DNA of 24,000 bases from Gammaproteobacteria bacterium. GTDB taxonomy: Bacteria; Pseudomonadota; Gammaproteobacteria; Steroidobacterales; Rariloculaceae. The DNA lies in the NCBI GenBank assembly GCA_036443505.1, contig JAZFYK010000094.1, forward strand, positions 14,027 to 38,026, in the 5' to 3' direction. Positions 17,413-24,000 of this stretch are shown piece after piece (the stretch's first letter is position 1; every line of letters begins with the position of its first letter). The notes under the pieces were generated by a model. That model did no database searches and was not told where the DNA came from. It saw only the letters and a program-made list of their open reading frames with translations. Made by a program: the position numbers and the translations under genes.

Positions 17413-18021
17413 CTATCCCTTCTCCGCGGCCGCGATATGACCGTCGATTCGGACCGTTACCCGTTCGGCATCGTCGCGCAGCCGCTCGATCTCCGCGAAG
17501 AATCCCTCCACTTCCACGCGTGTCGGGAGCTGGCGGCTTTCTTCCTGTATATATTCGGTCGTATTCATGCCCAAGGCGGCGACCGCCCGTTTGGTCCAGG
17601 CGCGAACGTTGCGCGCGGCGTTCCCGGCCTGGTGTGCCAGTACATCGCCGAGTACGTGGGAGAGCTGCTCTTCCAGATCCGGCCGGGCCAGGCGCAGCAA
17701 GGTGGAGAACTCTTCCGCCACTTCCGCGTCTCCGGTCACCGCGATTCCCGACTCTTTGAAGCCACTAAGCGCATCGCCGCGCAACGCAGCAAATAAGCCC
17801 AAGGGAGTACCGTGTACCGTGGCCGTTGCGGGCGCTTTACTCGCGAACTCCACGCGTAGTCTGTCCTCGTCCGCGGCGAGAACGATCGTGATGCCGGGAC
17901 CCTCGACGTCGATTGCCAGGCTCTTGCCCTGCATCGACGACAACAGGTCCAGTGCGGCCGTGGACTCTTGAACGTGGCCGTTCAATATCTGTTCCATGAT
18001 CGCGACAGGAGACGGCTTCAC
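17413..18021 (-). CDS. ubiJ: Ubiquinone biosynthesis accessory factor UbiJ (SCP2 lipid-binding domain protein, YigP-like)
   Basis: 202 aa, located between ubiE and ubiB. Layout is an N-terminal SCP2-like region (...GKSLAIDVEGPGITIVLAADEDRLRV...) followed by a C-terminal coiled/charged tail, as in E. coli UbiJ. GTG start at 18021. The in-frame ATG at 17997 is an alternative start. Confidence 0.75.
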   Translation of the reverse strand: MKPSPVAIMEQILNGHVQESTAALDLLSSMQGKSLAIDVEGPGITIVLAADEDRLRVEFASKAPATATVHGTPLGLFAALRGDALSGFKESGIAVTGDAEVAEEFSTLLRLARPDLEEQLSHVLGDVLAHQAGNAARNVRAWTKRAVAALGMNTTEYIQEESRQLPTRVEVEGFFAEIERLRDDAERVTVRIDGHIAAAEKG

Positions 18022-18058
18022 GAGTCGCTAAACCCATCAATATGGCCCTGTTGGACCA

Positions 18059-18829
18059 CTAGATGCGGTAACCGAGATGCAGCGCCACGATCCCGCCCGA
18101 GACGTTGAAATACTCGCAACGCTCGAACCCCTGCCGAATCATGAGTTCCTTTAGCTCGTCCTGATCGGGGTGCCGGCGGATCGATTCGGCGAGATACCGA
18201 TAACTATCGGCGTCGTCGAGTACGAGCTCGCCGAGCCTCGGCAGGACCTTAAGACTGTAGAAATCGTAGAGCGGTTCCAGGAAACTTAGTCGCGGCCTGG
18301 AAAACTCCAGAACCAACAGCCGCCCACCCGGTTTCAGCACGCGCAATAGGGACGCGAGCGCGGCTTCCTTGTCGGTCACGTTTCTGAGTCCGAAGCCGAT
18401 GCTGACGCAGTCGAATGTCCCCGACTTGAACGGCAGTCGCTCCGCGTCCGCTTGCAGATAGTGCACGTTGCCGACCTGGCCGGCGTTGATGAGCCGGTCG
18501 CGCCCCAGGGCCAGCATCCTGGCGTTGATATCGGTGACGATAACCGTACCGCCGGGCCCGACCTGCCGCGCCAGCCCGAGGCTCAGATCGCCGCTCCCGG
18601 CCGCGACGTCCAATGCGACCTGCCCCGGCCTGAGCCCGCTTTTCGCAATCGTCAGCCGCTTCCAGACCCGATGCAACCCCGCGGACATAAGGTCGTTCAT
18701 GAGGTCATAGCGGCTCGCCACAGAGTCGAATACTCCGCGTACTTTTTCTTTCTTTTTATCCCAAGGAACCGACTCAAAGCCGAAATCGGCTAAGTCGTCA
18801 CTGGTCTTCGTATTCTTCTTGTCCGTCAT
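18059..18829 (-). CDS. ubiE: Demethylmenaquinone / 2-methoxy-6-polyprenyl-1,4-benzoquinol C-methyltransferase
   Basis: 256 aa. Has [43 protein letters not shown], which parallels the E. coli UbiE N-terminus. SAM motif [12 protein letters not shown]. Confidence 0.93.
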   Translation of the reverse strand: MTDKKNTKTSDDLADFGFESVPWDKKKEKVRGVFDSVASRYDLMNDLMSAGLHRVWKRLTIAKSGLRPGQVALDVAAGSGDLSLGLARQVGPGGTVIVTDINARMLALGRDRLINAGQVGNVHYLQADAERLPFKSGTFDCVSIGFGLRNVTDKEAALASLLRVLKPGGRLLVLEFSRPRLSFLEPLYDFYSLKVLPRLGELVLDDADSYRYLAESIRRHPDQDELKELMIRQGFERCEYFNVSGGIVALHLGYRI

Positions 18830-19199
18830 TCGGTTCCGCCGACAATCGACGATGTCCCGCTTCTTCGAGCCGGGTCAGGTATCGCCGCCAGTTGCTCTCG
18901 TGCTTCAACCCTAAGTCATAGAGTATAGGCCACGTATAAAGGCCCGTATTGTGGCCGTCGTCGAACACGAGCCTGACCGCGTAGCGGCCGACCGGCTCGA
19001 TCTTATCTATGTTGACTGCTTCTTTCCCGGCGACGAGCACTCCTTCGCCGCCGCCATGTCCCTGGACTTCGGCCGATGGCGAGAATACTCGCAGATACTC
19101 GGCTGCCAGCTCGAACCGTTTGCCGTCGGAGAAGCTGATCCGAAGCCGGCGCGAGCGTTTTTGCAGCGTGATGTCGATCGGATGAGGCGCGTTCGGCAT
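18798..19199 (-). CDS. DUF971-domain protein (gamma-butyrobetaine hydroxylase N-terminal-like domain). Function unknown.
   Basis: 133 aa. Has [25 protein letters not shown]...[31 protein letters not shown], the pattern I associate with DUF971. Sits between hslU and ubiE, a position I recall being conserved in Pseudomonas-type genomes. Confidence 0.7.
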   Translation of the reverse strand: MPNAPHPIDITLQKRSRRLRISFSDGKRFELAAEYLRVFSPSAEVQGHGGGEGVLVAGKEAVNIDKIEPVGRYAVRLVFDDGHNTGLYTWPILYDLGLKHESNWRRYLTRLEEAGHRRLSAEPNDGQEEYEDQ

Positions 19200-20507
19200 C
19201 TAGAGAATGTAGCGCGTGAGGTCCTCGTTCTGCACGAGCTCGCCCAGGTGATCGTCGACGTAGGTCGCATCGACGATGACAACCTGTCCGCCCTTGTCGG
19301 CCGCCTCGAACGACACGACCTCCAGGAGACGCTCCATGACCGTGTGGAGCCGCCGCGCACCGATATTCTCCGTACGCTCGTTGACATGGAAAGCCACTTC
19401 GGCGATGCGCTGGATGCCGTCGGGCTCGAAACTCAGCTCAACCCTCTCGGTCCCCATCAGGGCTGTGTATTGCTCAGTCAGACAAGCGTCCGGCTCCGTT
19501 AGTATGCTAACGAAGTCGGCCGTGCTCAACGCGTCCAGCTCGACCCGGATTGGGAAACGGCCTTGCAGCTCCGGGATGAGATCGGACGGCTTCACCACAG
19601 TGAACGCGCCCGACGCGATGAACAGGACGTGGTCGGTGCGAACCATGCCGTAGCGCGTACTCACTGTGCAGCCCTCGACCAGTGGCAATAGATCGCGCTG
19701 CACGCCCTCCCTCGAAACGTCGGCGCCCATCGTATCCGCACGGCGTGCGACTTTATCGACTTCGTCAAGAAATACGATGCCGTCTTGTTCCACGGCGTTC
19801 AGCGCCTTTAGCTTGATCTCCTCTTCGTTGATCATCTTGCTCGCTTCTTCGTCCGTTAGAACCTTCAGCGCAGCTTCAACCTTGAGTTTGCGCTTGTTGC
19901 GCCGCCCGCCCGAAACGTTCTGGAACATGCTCTGTAACTGACTGGTCATCTCCTCCATCCCTGGAGGCGCCATGATCTCTACGCCGACCATCGGCGACTC
20001 GACTTCGATCTCGATGTCGCGGTCGTCCAGTTCACCTTCCCGGAGAAGCTTCCGGAACCGTTGTCGGGTCTCGCCGCCGTCGCCGTCGTCCTCAGAGCCG
20101 GGCAATAACGCATCCAATAACCGATCCTCCGCGGCATCCTTCGCGCGATGACTGACCCTGGCGAGTTCCTCTTCGCGCACCATCTTGACCGCCATGTCGG
20201 CCAGATCACGGATGATCGAATCCACCTCGCGACCGACATAACCGACCTCGGTGAATTTCGTGGCTTCGACTTTGATAAATGGCGCTTTGGCGAGACGAGC
20301 GAGGCGTCGGGCAATTTCCGTCTTGCCGACGCCGGTCGGGCCGATCATGAGAATATTCTTCGGTGTAATTTCGCTGCCGAGCGGTTCACCGACCTGCACC
20401 CGGCGCCAGCGATTCCGTAACGCAATCGCGACCGCACGCTTCGCTTCCATCTGGCCGACGATGTGTTTGTTCAGTTCCTGAACGATTTCTCTGGGGGTCA
20501 TCGACAT
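19200..20507 (-). CDS. hslU: ATP-dependent protease ATPase subunit HslU
   Basis: Has [19 protein letters not shown] (E. coli [20 protein letters not shown]) and Walker [17 protein letters not shown] place the start at ATG 20507, 1 nt after the hslV stop, not the track start at 20582, which overlaps hslV. Confidence 0.95.
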   Translation of the reverse strand: MSMTPREIVQELNKHIVGQMEAKRAVAIALRNRWRRVQVGEPLGSEITPKNILMIGPTGVGKTEIARRLARLAKAPFIKVEATKFTEVGYVGREVDSIIRDLADMAVKMVREEELARVSHRAKDAAEDRLLDALLPGSEDDGDGGETRQRFRKLLREGELDDRDIEIEVESPMVGVEIMAPPGMEEMTSQLQSMFQNVSGGRRNKRKLKVEAALKVLTDEEASKMINEEEIKLKALNAVEQDGIVFLDEVDKVARRADTMGADVSREGVQRDLLPLVEGCTVSTRYGMVRTDHVLFIASGAFTVVKPSDLIPELQGRFPIRVELDALSTADFVSILTEPDACLTEQYTALMGTERVELSFEPDGIQRIAEVAFHVNERTENIGARRLHTVMERLLEVVSFEAADKGGQVVIVDATYVDDHLGELVQNEDLTRYIL

Positions 20508-20508
20508 G

Positions 20509-21057
20509 CTAGTGGTCGCTCTTCCTGCCGAGTTCCTCGATCGTGATCTGGCGGTTGGTATAGATACAGATGTCACCCGCAATCTCGAGCGCTTTCTCGA
20601 CGATCGTTCGCGCGTCCAGATCCGTATTGTCCAGCAGGGCTTGCGCCGCCGCCTGCGCGTAGGCTCCGCCGGAACCGATCGCGAGCAGATCGTGTTCGGG
20701 CTCGATCACGTCCCCGGTGCCCGATATCAGCAGAGATTTCTCGTCGTCCGCGACACAGAGCAACGCCTCCAAGCGTCTCAGCATCCGCTCCGTCCGCCAG
20801 TCCTTCGCGAGTTCGATCGCCGCGCGCGTTAGATTGCCGTACTGCTCGAGTTTTTTCTCGAAATATTCGAACAGCGTGAACGCGTCCGCGGCTCCGCCCG
20901 CGAACCCGGCCAGGACCTTGTCGTCGTGCAAGTAGCGAATCTTGCGCGCATTGCCCTTCATGACCTTGTCACCGAGCGTGACTTGTCCGTCACCGCCGAG
21001 TGCCACGTGGCCGTTGCGGCGTACGCAAACGATAGTCGTGCCGTGGATTTTATCCAT
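20509..21057 (-). CDS. hslV: ATP-dependent protease subunit HslV
   Basis: 182 aa. N-terminus [29 protein letters not shown], with the Thr nucleophile in TTIV. Sits immediately upstream of hslU. Confidence 0.95.
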   Translation of the reverse strand: MDKIHGTTIVCVRRNGHVALGGDGQVTLGDKVMKGNARKIRYLHDDKVLAGFAGGAADAFTLFEYFEKKLEQYGNLTRAAIELAKDWRTERMLRRLEALLCVADDEKSLLISGTGDVIEPEHDLLAIGSGGAYAQAAAQALLDNTDLDARTIVEKALEIAGDICIYTNRQITIEELGRKSDH

Positions 21058-21095
21058 GTCGAATCTGGGCTCGTGAGTGGCCCGGCCGTCGGACG

Positions 21096-21992
21096 TCAGT
21101 CGTCCCGGCGCCTCGCCCGGGGGTGCGATTGATCATATATATGGGCGAGGTGCTGGAAATCAAGCTGCGTGTAGATCTGAGTCGTGGAGATACTCGCGTG
21201 GCCCAGCAACTCCTGGACAGCCCGCAGGTCGCCGCTGGACTCGAGCATATGGGTGGCGAAGGAGTGTCTGAGCATATGCGGGTGGATCGCGAGCCCCGCG
21301 CCATGACGCCTGGCCCACTGCTTGAGCCGCGCCTGGACCGTACGACCCGCCAGGCGGGTGCCACGCCGAGAGATAAACAGCGCATCCTCATCGACGGCCG
21401 CCACCGCCGCACGGAGTTCGATCCACGACTCGAGCGCCGCGACGGCATACCGCCCGACGGGAACGACTCGCGTCTTATTGCCCTTGCCCGTGATCCGGAC
21501 CGTCCGATCGGCCAGATCAAGCTCGGCGAGGTTCAACCGCACGAGCTCCGACAACCTCAGTCCCGATGAGTAGAACAACTCCAGCATCGCGCGGTCGCGC
21601 ACGGTGAGCAGGTCGTCACCCGGCAGGGCAAGGAGGCTGGCGACCTGGTCAGTGTCCATGGTGGCCGGCAGACGTTGCGTCGGCTTCGGCGCCTGTACGC
21701 CGACAGCCGGGTTAGACGTCAGCACGCGCTCCTGCACCAGATAGGCGAGAAACCGTCGTACGGCCGATAGCCGCCTGGCGATGCTGCGCGGGCTTGACCC
21801 TTTCCTATGGCAGTCCGCCGCGAATTGTCGCACGGCGTAGGAATCGAGCCCTGCGAGTTCGATCGTGCCGCGGTGGCAGAAAGCTAAAAACGTGTGGAGG
21901 TCATGCCGATACGCACTAAGCGTATGCGGAGAGAGCCGTCGTTCATCCTTCAAGTGCCGGAGATACGAGGCGAGGAGATCCTCAGAGCTCAT
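21096..21992 (-). CDS. xerC: Tyrosine site-specific recombinase XerC
   Basis: Has the catalytic region [14 protein letters not shown]...[13 protein letters not shown] (R-H-R-Y family). Position downstream of dapF and the DUF484 gene matches E. coli. I place the start at ATG 21992 ([14 protein letters not shown]), giving 298 aa, rather than the track start at 22043. Confidence 0.9.
   Translation of the reverse strand: MSSEDLLASYLRHLKDERRLSPHTLSAYRHDLHTFLAFCHRGTIELAGLDSYAVRQFAADCHRKGSSPRSIARRLSAVRRFLAYLVQERVLTSNPAVGVQAPKPTQRLPATMDTDQVASLLALPGDDLLTVRDRAMLELFYSSGLRLSELVRLNLAELDLADRTVRITGKGNKTRVVPVGRYAVAALESWIELRAAVAAVDEDALFISRRGTRLAGRTVQARLKQWARRHGAGLAIHPHMLRHSFATHMLESSGDLRAVQELLGHASISTTQIYTQLDFQHLAHIYDQSHPRARRRDD
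21135..21164 (-). promoter_or_regulatory. Candidate hslVU promoter (sigma32-like and/or sigma70-like), embedded in the xerC 3-prime coding end
   Basis: The minus strand reads CTTGATTTCCAGCACCTCGCCCATATATAT. CTTGAT(T) resembles the sigma32 -35 (CTTGAAA) and CCCATATAT resembles the -10 (CCCCATnT). The spacer is 1-2 nt shorter than in the E. coli dnaK/groE promoters as I recall them. The same bases also read TTGATT-N16-TATATA for sigma70. Lies about 75-105 nt upstream of the hslV ATG. Confidence 0.35.
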
Positions 21993-22728
21993 TTTCCCGG
22001 GGCTCGGCGTTCTCGCCCGGATCAAGGTGGCCGGCCAGTGCAACGGCCACTAACTCCCCCAGTCGCGCCAGAAAATCCATTCCCTTGGCGGGGTTGAAAT
22101 AATCCGGGTCGCTATTACCGATGACCAGGAACCCCAGCTCCGCCCGCGACCCCAACGGCACCAGAGCCGCTGAGCTGATTTCACCCGCGTTGTCCGCGAA
22201 CAGGAACGTCTTTTGCCGACCGCGGATCAGCCCGCACCGCGGTCGCGCAGACTTCAGGAAGCTGTTAAATGGCTTAAGACCGGCATCGCTGCGATCCACG
22301 ACCTTTAGAAACCCCTTACCGGCCAGCGTCTCGTCCTGGAACGGCGAGAACAGTACGACGGCGGCGCGTTCGGCACGAAAGTCCTCTCTGAGACAGGTCT
22401 CGAGCATCTCGACGCGCTCAGCGAAGCCGGACGCTGCCATGAGCTGCATCGACAGCTCGTGAATTTTCCCCACGAGCGCATCGTTCAGTTTGGCGACGGC
22501 GACCAGATCCTTGAGCTGGTGCTCCAGTTCCTTACTGCGTTGTCTTAAGACCGTGACCTGACGCTCGACCAGCGATATGGCCGCACCGCCCGGCTCGTGG
22601 GCGACCTTCAGGTCCATCAGGAGGCTCGGATGCCGGTCGAAGAAGTCCGGGTGGCGCCGCAAGTACTCAGCGATATCGTCGTCGGAAAAGGGTTCCTCGA
22701 AAACGGCTTCAGTCTTTTGTTGACTCAT
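21982..22728 (-). CDS. yigA: DUF484-family protein (YigA-like, GAF-like C-terminal region)
   Basis: Has DDDIAEYLRRHPDFFDRHPSLLMDLKVAH at the N-terminus. Sits between dapF and xerC, as E. coli yigA does. The start is probably ATG 22728 (MSQQKTE). The track start at 22746 is the alternative. Confidence 0.75.
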   Translation of the reverse strand: MSQQKTEAVFEEPFSDDDIAEYLRRHPDFFDRHPSLLMDLKVAHEPGGAAISLVERQVTVLRQRSKELEHQLKDLVAVAKLNDALVGKIHELSMQLMAASGFAERVEMLETCLREDFRAERAAVVLFSPFQDETLAGKGFLKVVDRSDAGLKPFNSFLKSARPRCGLIRGRQKTFLFADNAGEISSAALVPLGSRAELGFLVIGNSDPDYFNPAKGMDFLARLGELVAVALAGHLDPGENAEPRENEL

Positions 22729-23548
22729 ATTCAATCTGCCCCTCATAGACCCAAGTCGTAGGCCCGGCGAGCCACAACGGACTCCCGGGACCCTGCCAGC
22801 TAACCTCGAGCACGCCGCCCGGAAGACTCACATCAACCCGAGCCCCGAGGAGGCCCCAGTGTCGGCCGACGGCCACTGCGGCGGCGGCCCCCGTGCCACA
22901 GGCCGGTGTTTCCCCGACACCGCGCTCGAAGACGCGCAGGGCGATCCGCTCGGCGCTGTGAACCTCCATGAAGCCGACGTTTACCCCTCTGGGGAAAGCG
23001 CTGTGCTCCTGAAACTCCGCCCCCAGTATACCGACCGGAGCCCCATCCAAGGAATCCGTGCTGATCACGGCGTGGGGGTTACCCAGTGAGACCGCCCCGA
23101 ACTCGACCTCCCGACCAACCAGGCGCAGTTCGTAGGTCGGAGCCTCGGCCCCTACCTCAAAGGGCAGCGCGGCGGGCGAAAAGTCCGGCTCGCCAAGGCT
23201 CACGCTGACCTTGCCGTCGGCGAGAATCCGCGCCTCGACGGTCCTTCCGGCGCTCACGAGCTTGAGCCGTTCGGCGCCATTCTCCGCGGCCAGGAATCGT
23301 GCTACACAGCGAACACCGTTGCCGCATTGCTCCACTTCGCTACCGTCGGCGTTGAATACCCGATACGCCCCGTCCTCCGGCCCCTCGTAGTCCCCTTCGA
23401 TGAGCATGAGCTGATCAAAGCCGGCTCCACGTCGCCGATCCGCCCAACGACGAACCAGCGCCTCATCGGGGAGACGGGCCCCCGACGGCCAACGCATGAC
23501 CATGAAGTCGTTGCCGACACCATGCATTTTTGCGAACTGAAGCTTCAT
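22709..23548 (-). CDS. dapF: Diaminopimelate epimerase
   Basis: Has MKLQFAKMHGVGNDFMV (E. coli MQFSKMHGLGNDFMVV) and the two catalytic Cys motifs QCGNGVRC and ACGTGAAA. The start is taken at ATG 23548. The track start at 23569 adds 7 non-homologous residues. Confidence 0.93.
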   Translation of the reverse strand: MKLQFAKMHGVGNDFMVMRWPSGARLPDEALVRRWADRRRGAGFDQLMLIEGDYEGPEDGAYRVFNADGSEVEQCGNGVRCVARFLAAENGAERLKLVSAGRTVEARILADGKVSVSLGEPDFSPAALPFEVGAEAPTYELRLVGREVEFGAVSLGNPHAVISTDSLDGAPVGILGAEFQEHSAFPRGVNVGFMEVHSAERIALRVFERGVGETPACGTGAAAAVAVGRHWGLLGARVDVSLPGGVLEVSWQGPGSPLWLAGPTTWVYEGQIEYESTKD

Positions 23549-23643
23549 GGTGCTAGAAATACCGTCCACGGAAGGTTAAGTTGATCGGCCCCACAACGGA
23601 CACCCCCTAAAGCTCGGAGCCACCTGCTGCTGCCGCGAATGAG

Positions 23644-23649
23644 ATTATA
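23644..23649 (-). promoter_or_regulatory. Candidate -10 box (perfect TATAAT on the minus strand) for the dapF-yigA-xerC transcript
   Basis: The plus-strand attata at 23644-23649 reads TATAAT on the minus strand, about 95 nt upstream of the dapF ATG in the dapF/ubiD divergent gap. No convincing -35 at 16-18 nt: TTGAAT lies only 4 nt upstream. Single-hexamer evidence. Confidence 0.25.
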
Positions 23650-24000
23650 GTGGATTCAATCTGGCCCAGACCGTCTGCGAAGTTCGAAGATCTGCGCAGC
23701 TTCCTAAGCGCCCTCGAGGCACGCGGAGAACTGGCGAAGATCGATGTGCCCGTGGACCCGTCGCTCGAGCTCACCGAGATCTGCCGCCGTACTCTGTCTC
23801 AGGAAGGCCCAGCGCTACTGTTCACGCGACCCACCAACGGCCAGGTGCCGATACTGGCGAATCTCTTCGGCACCGCCGGGCGCATTGCGGCCGCGCTGGG
23901 CACGACAGGGCCGGACGGGTTTACGCAACTCGGCAAGCTGCTGGCAACCCTGAAGGCCCCTGAGCCCCCAAAAGGCCTCGGCGACGCCTGGCAGAAGCTG
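23650..24000 (+). CDS. ubiD: 4-hydroxy-3-polyprenylbenzoate decarboxylase UbiD. N-terminal 117 codons only; continues past the window edge.
   Basis: Not in the ORF track, since there is no stop inside the window. The frame from GTG 23650 reads VDSIWPRPSAKFEDLRSFLSALEARGELAKIDVPVDPSLELTEICRRTLSQEGPALLFTRPTNGQVPILANLFGTAGRIAAALG. This parallels the E. coli UbiD N-terminus ([52 protein letters not shown]...NLFGTPKRVAMGMG). A TAG immediately precedes the GTG, so it is the only canonical (ATG/GTG/TTG) start upstream of the conserved N-terminal region. Confidence 0.88.
   Translation, partial: MDSIWPRPSAKFEDLRSFLSALEARGELAKIDVPVDPSLELTEICRRTLSQEGPALLFTRPTNGQVPILANLFGTAGRIAAALGTTGPDGFTQLGKLLATLKAPEPPKGLGDAWQKL

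Noticed and set aside
20508-20582. N-terminal extensions given by the ORF track for hslU (to 20582), xerC (to 22043), the DUF484 gene (to 22746) and dapF (to 23569).
   Set aside because: In each case an internal ATG matches the N-terminus of the E. coli homologue ([36 protein letters not shown]) and removes or shrinks the overlap with the upstream gene. For the DUF484 gene the only argument is the reduced overlap (38 nt to 20 nt), and the longer start remains possible.
21096-21992. The tyrosine recombinase as a marker of an integrated mobile element or genomic island.
   Set aside because: It sits in the conserved dapF-yigA-xerC housekeeping context and has XerC length (298 aa). There is no flanking tRNA, direct repeats, phage genes or compositional shift visible. 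This makes it the chromosome-dimer-resolution XerC rather than an integrase.
23744-23953. The 69-aa plus-strand ORF listed in the track at the right edge.
   Set aside because: It is out of frame with the clearly homologous ubiD reading frame that starts at 23650. Its composition is Arg/Ser/Pro-rich with no motifs.
1-24000. A search for CRISPR repeats, tandem or dispersed repeats, tRNA/rRNA, toxin-antitoxin pairs, defence islands, or an unexplained non-coding block that could hide a novel system.
   Set aside because: Coding density is very high and every ORF over 100 aa that is not antisense noise belongs to a recognisable family. The largest non-coding gap (231 bp) is explained by the trp attenuator. 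By eye I could find no repeated units other than the 7-nt CCATCTC pair inside that attenuator.

Overview
GC-rich core chromosome with gammaproteobacterial-type synteny, tightly packed with housekeeping genes. Left to right:
- a 2-hydroxyacid dehydrogenase, truncated by the left edge (-)
- ycgN-like Cys-cluster protein (+)
- ppc, PEP carboxylase (-)
- an ABC exporter (-), divergent from a YfbS/SLC13-type permease (+)
- a complete unfused tryptophan operon trpE-G-D-C-F-B-A (+), preceded by what looks like a classical leader-peptide attenuator
- a DUF2007/zinc-ribbon protein and a CinA-N (COG1058) protein (+)
- on the minus strand, two conserved blocks: dapF-DUF484(yigA)-xerC, then hslV-hslU-DUF971-ubiE-ubiJ-ubiB
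- the 5-prime end of ubiD at the right edge (+)

I find no rRNA, tRNA, CRISPR array, transposase, prophage, toxin-antitoxin or defence-like genes, and no repeat families. Every gap larger than about 40 bp is accounted for by an ordinary regulatory region. I do not see a previously undescribed system here. The window reads as an ordinary core region.

The observations worth a second look are small-scale:
- the trp attenuator
- several start-codon and gene-overlap corrections
- a heat-shock-like promoter inside the xerC 3-prime end
- the unexplained conserved small genes (DUF971, DUF2007)

All functional calls rest on motifs I can read in the supplied translations and on remembered family signatures. 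No database search was run.
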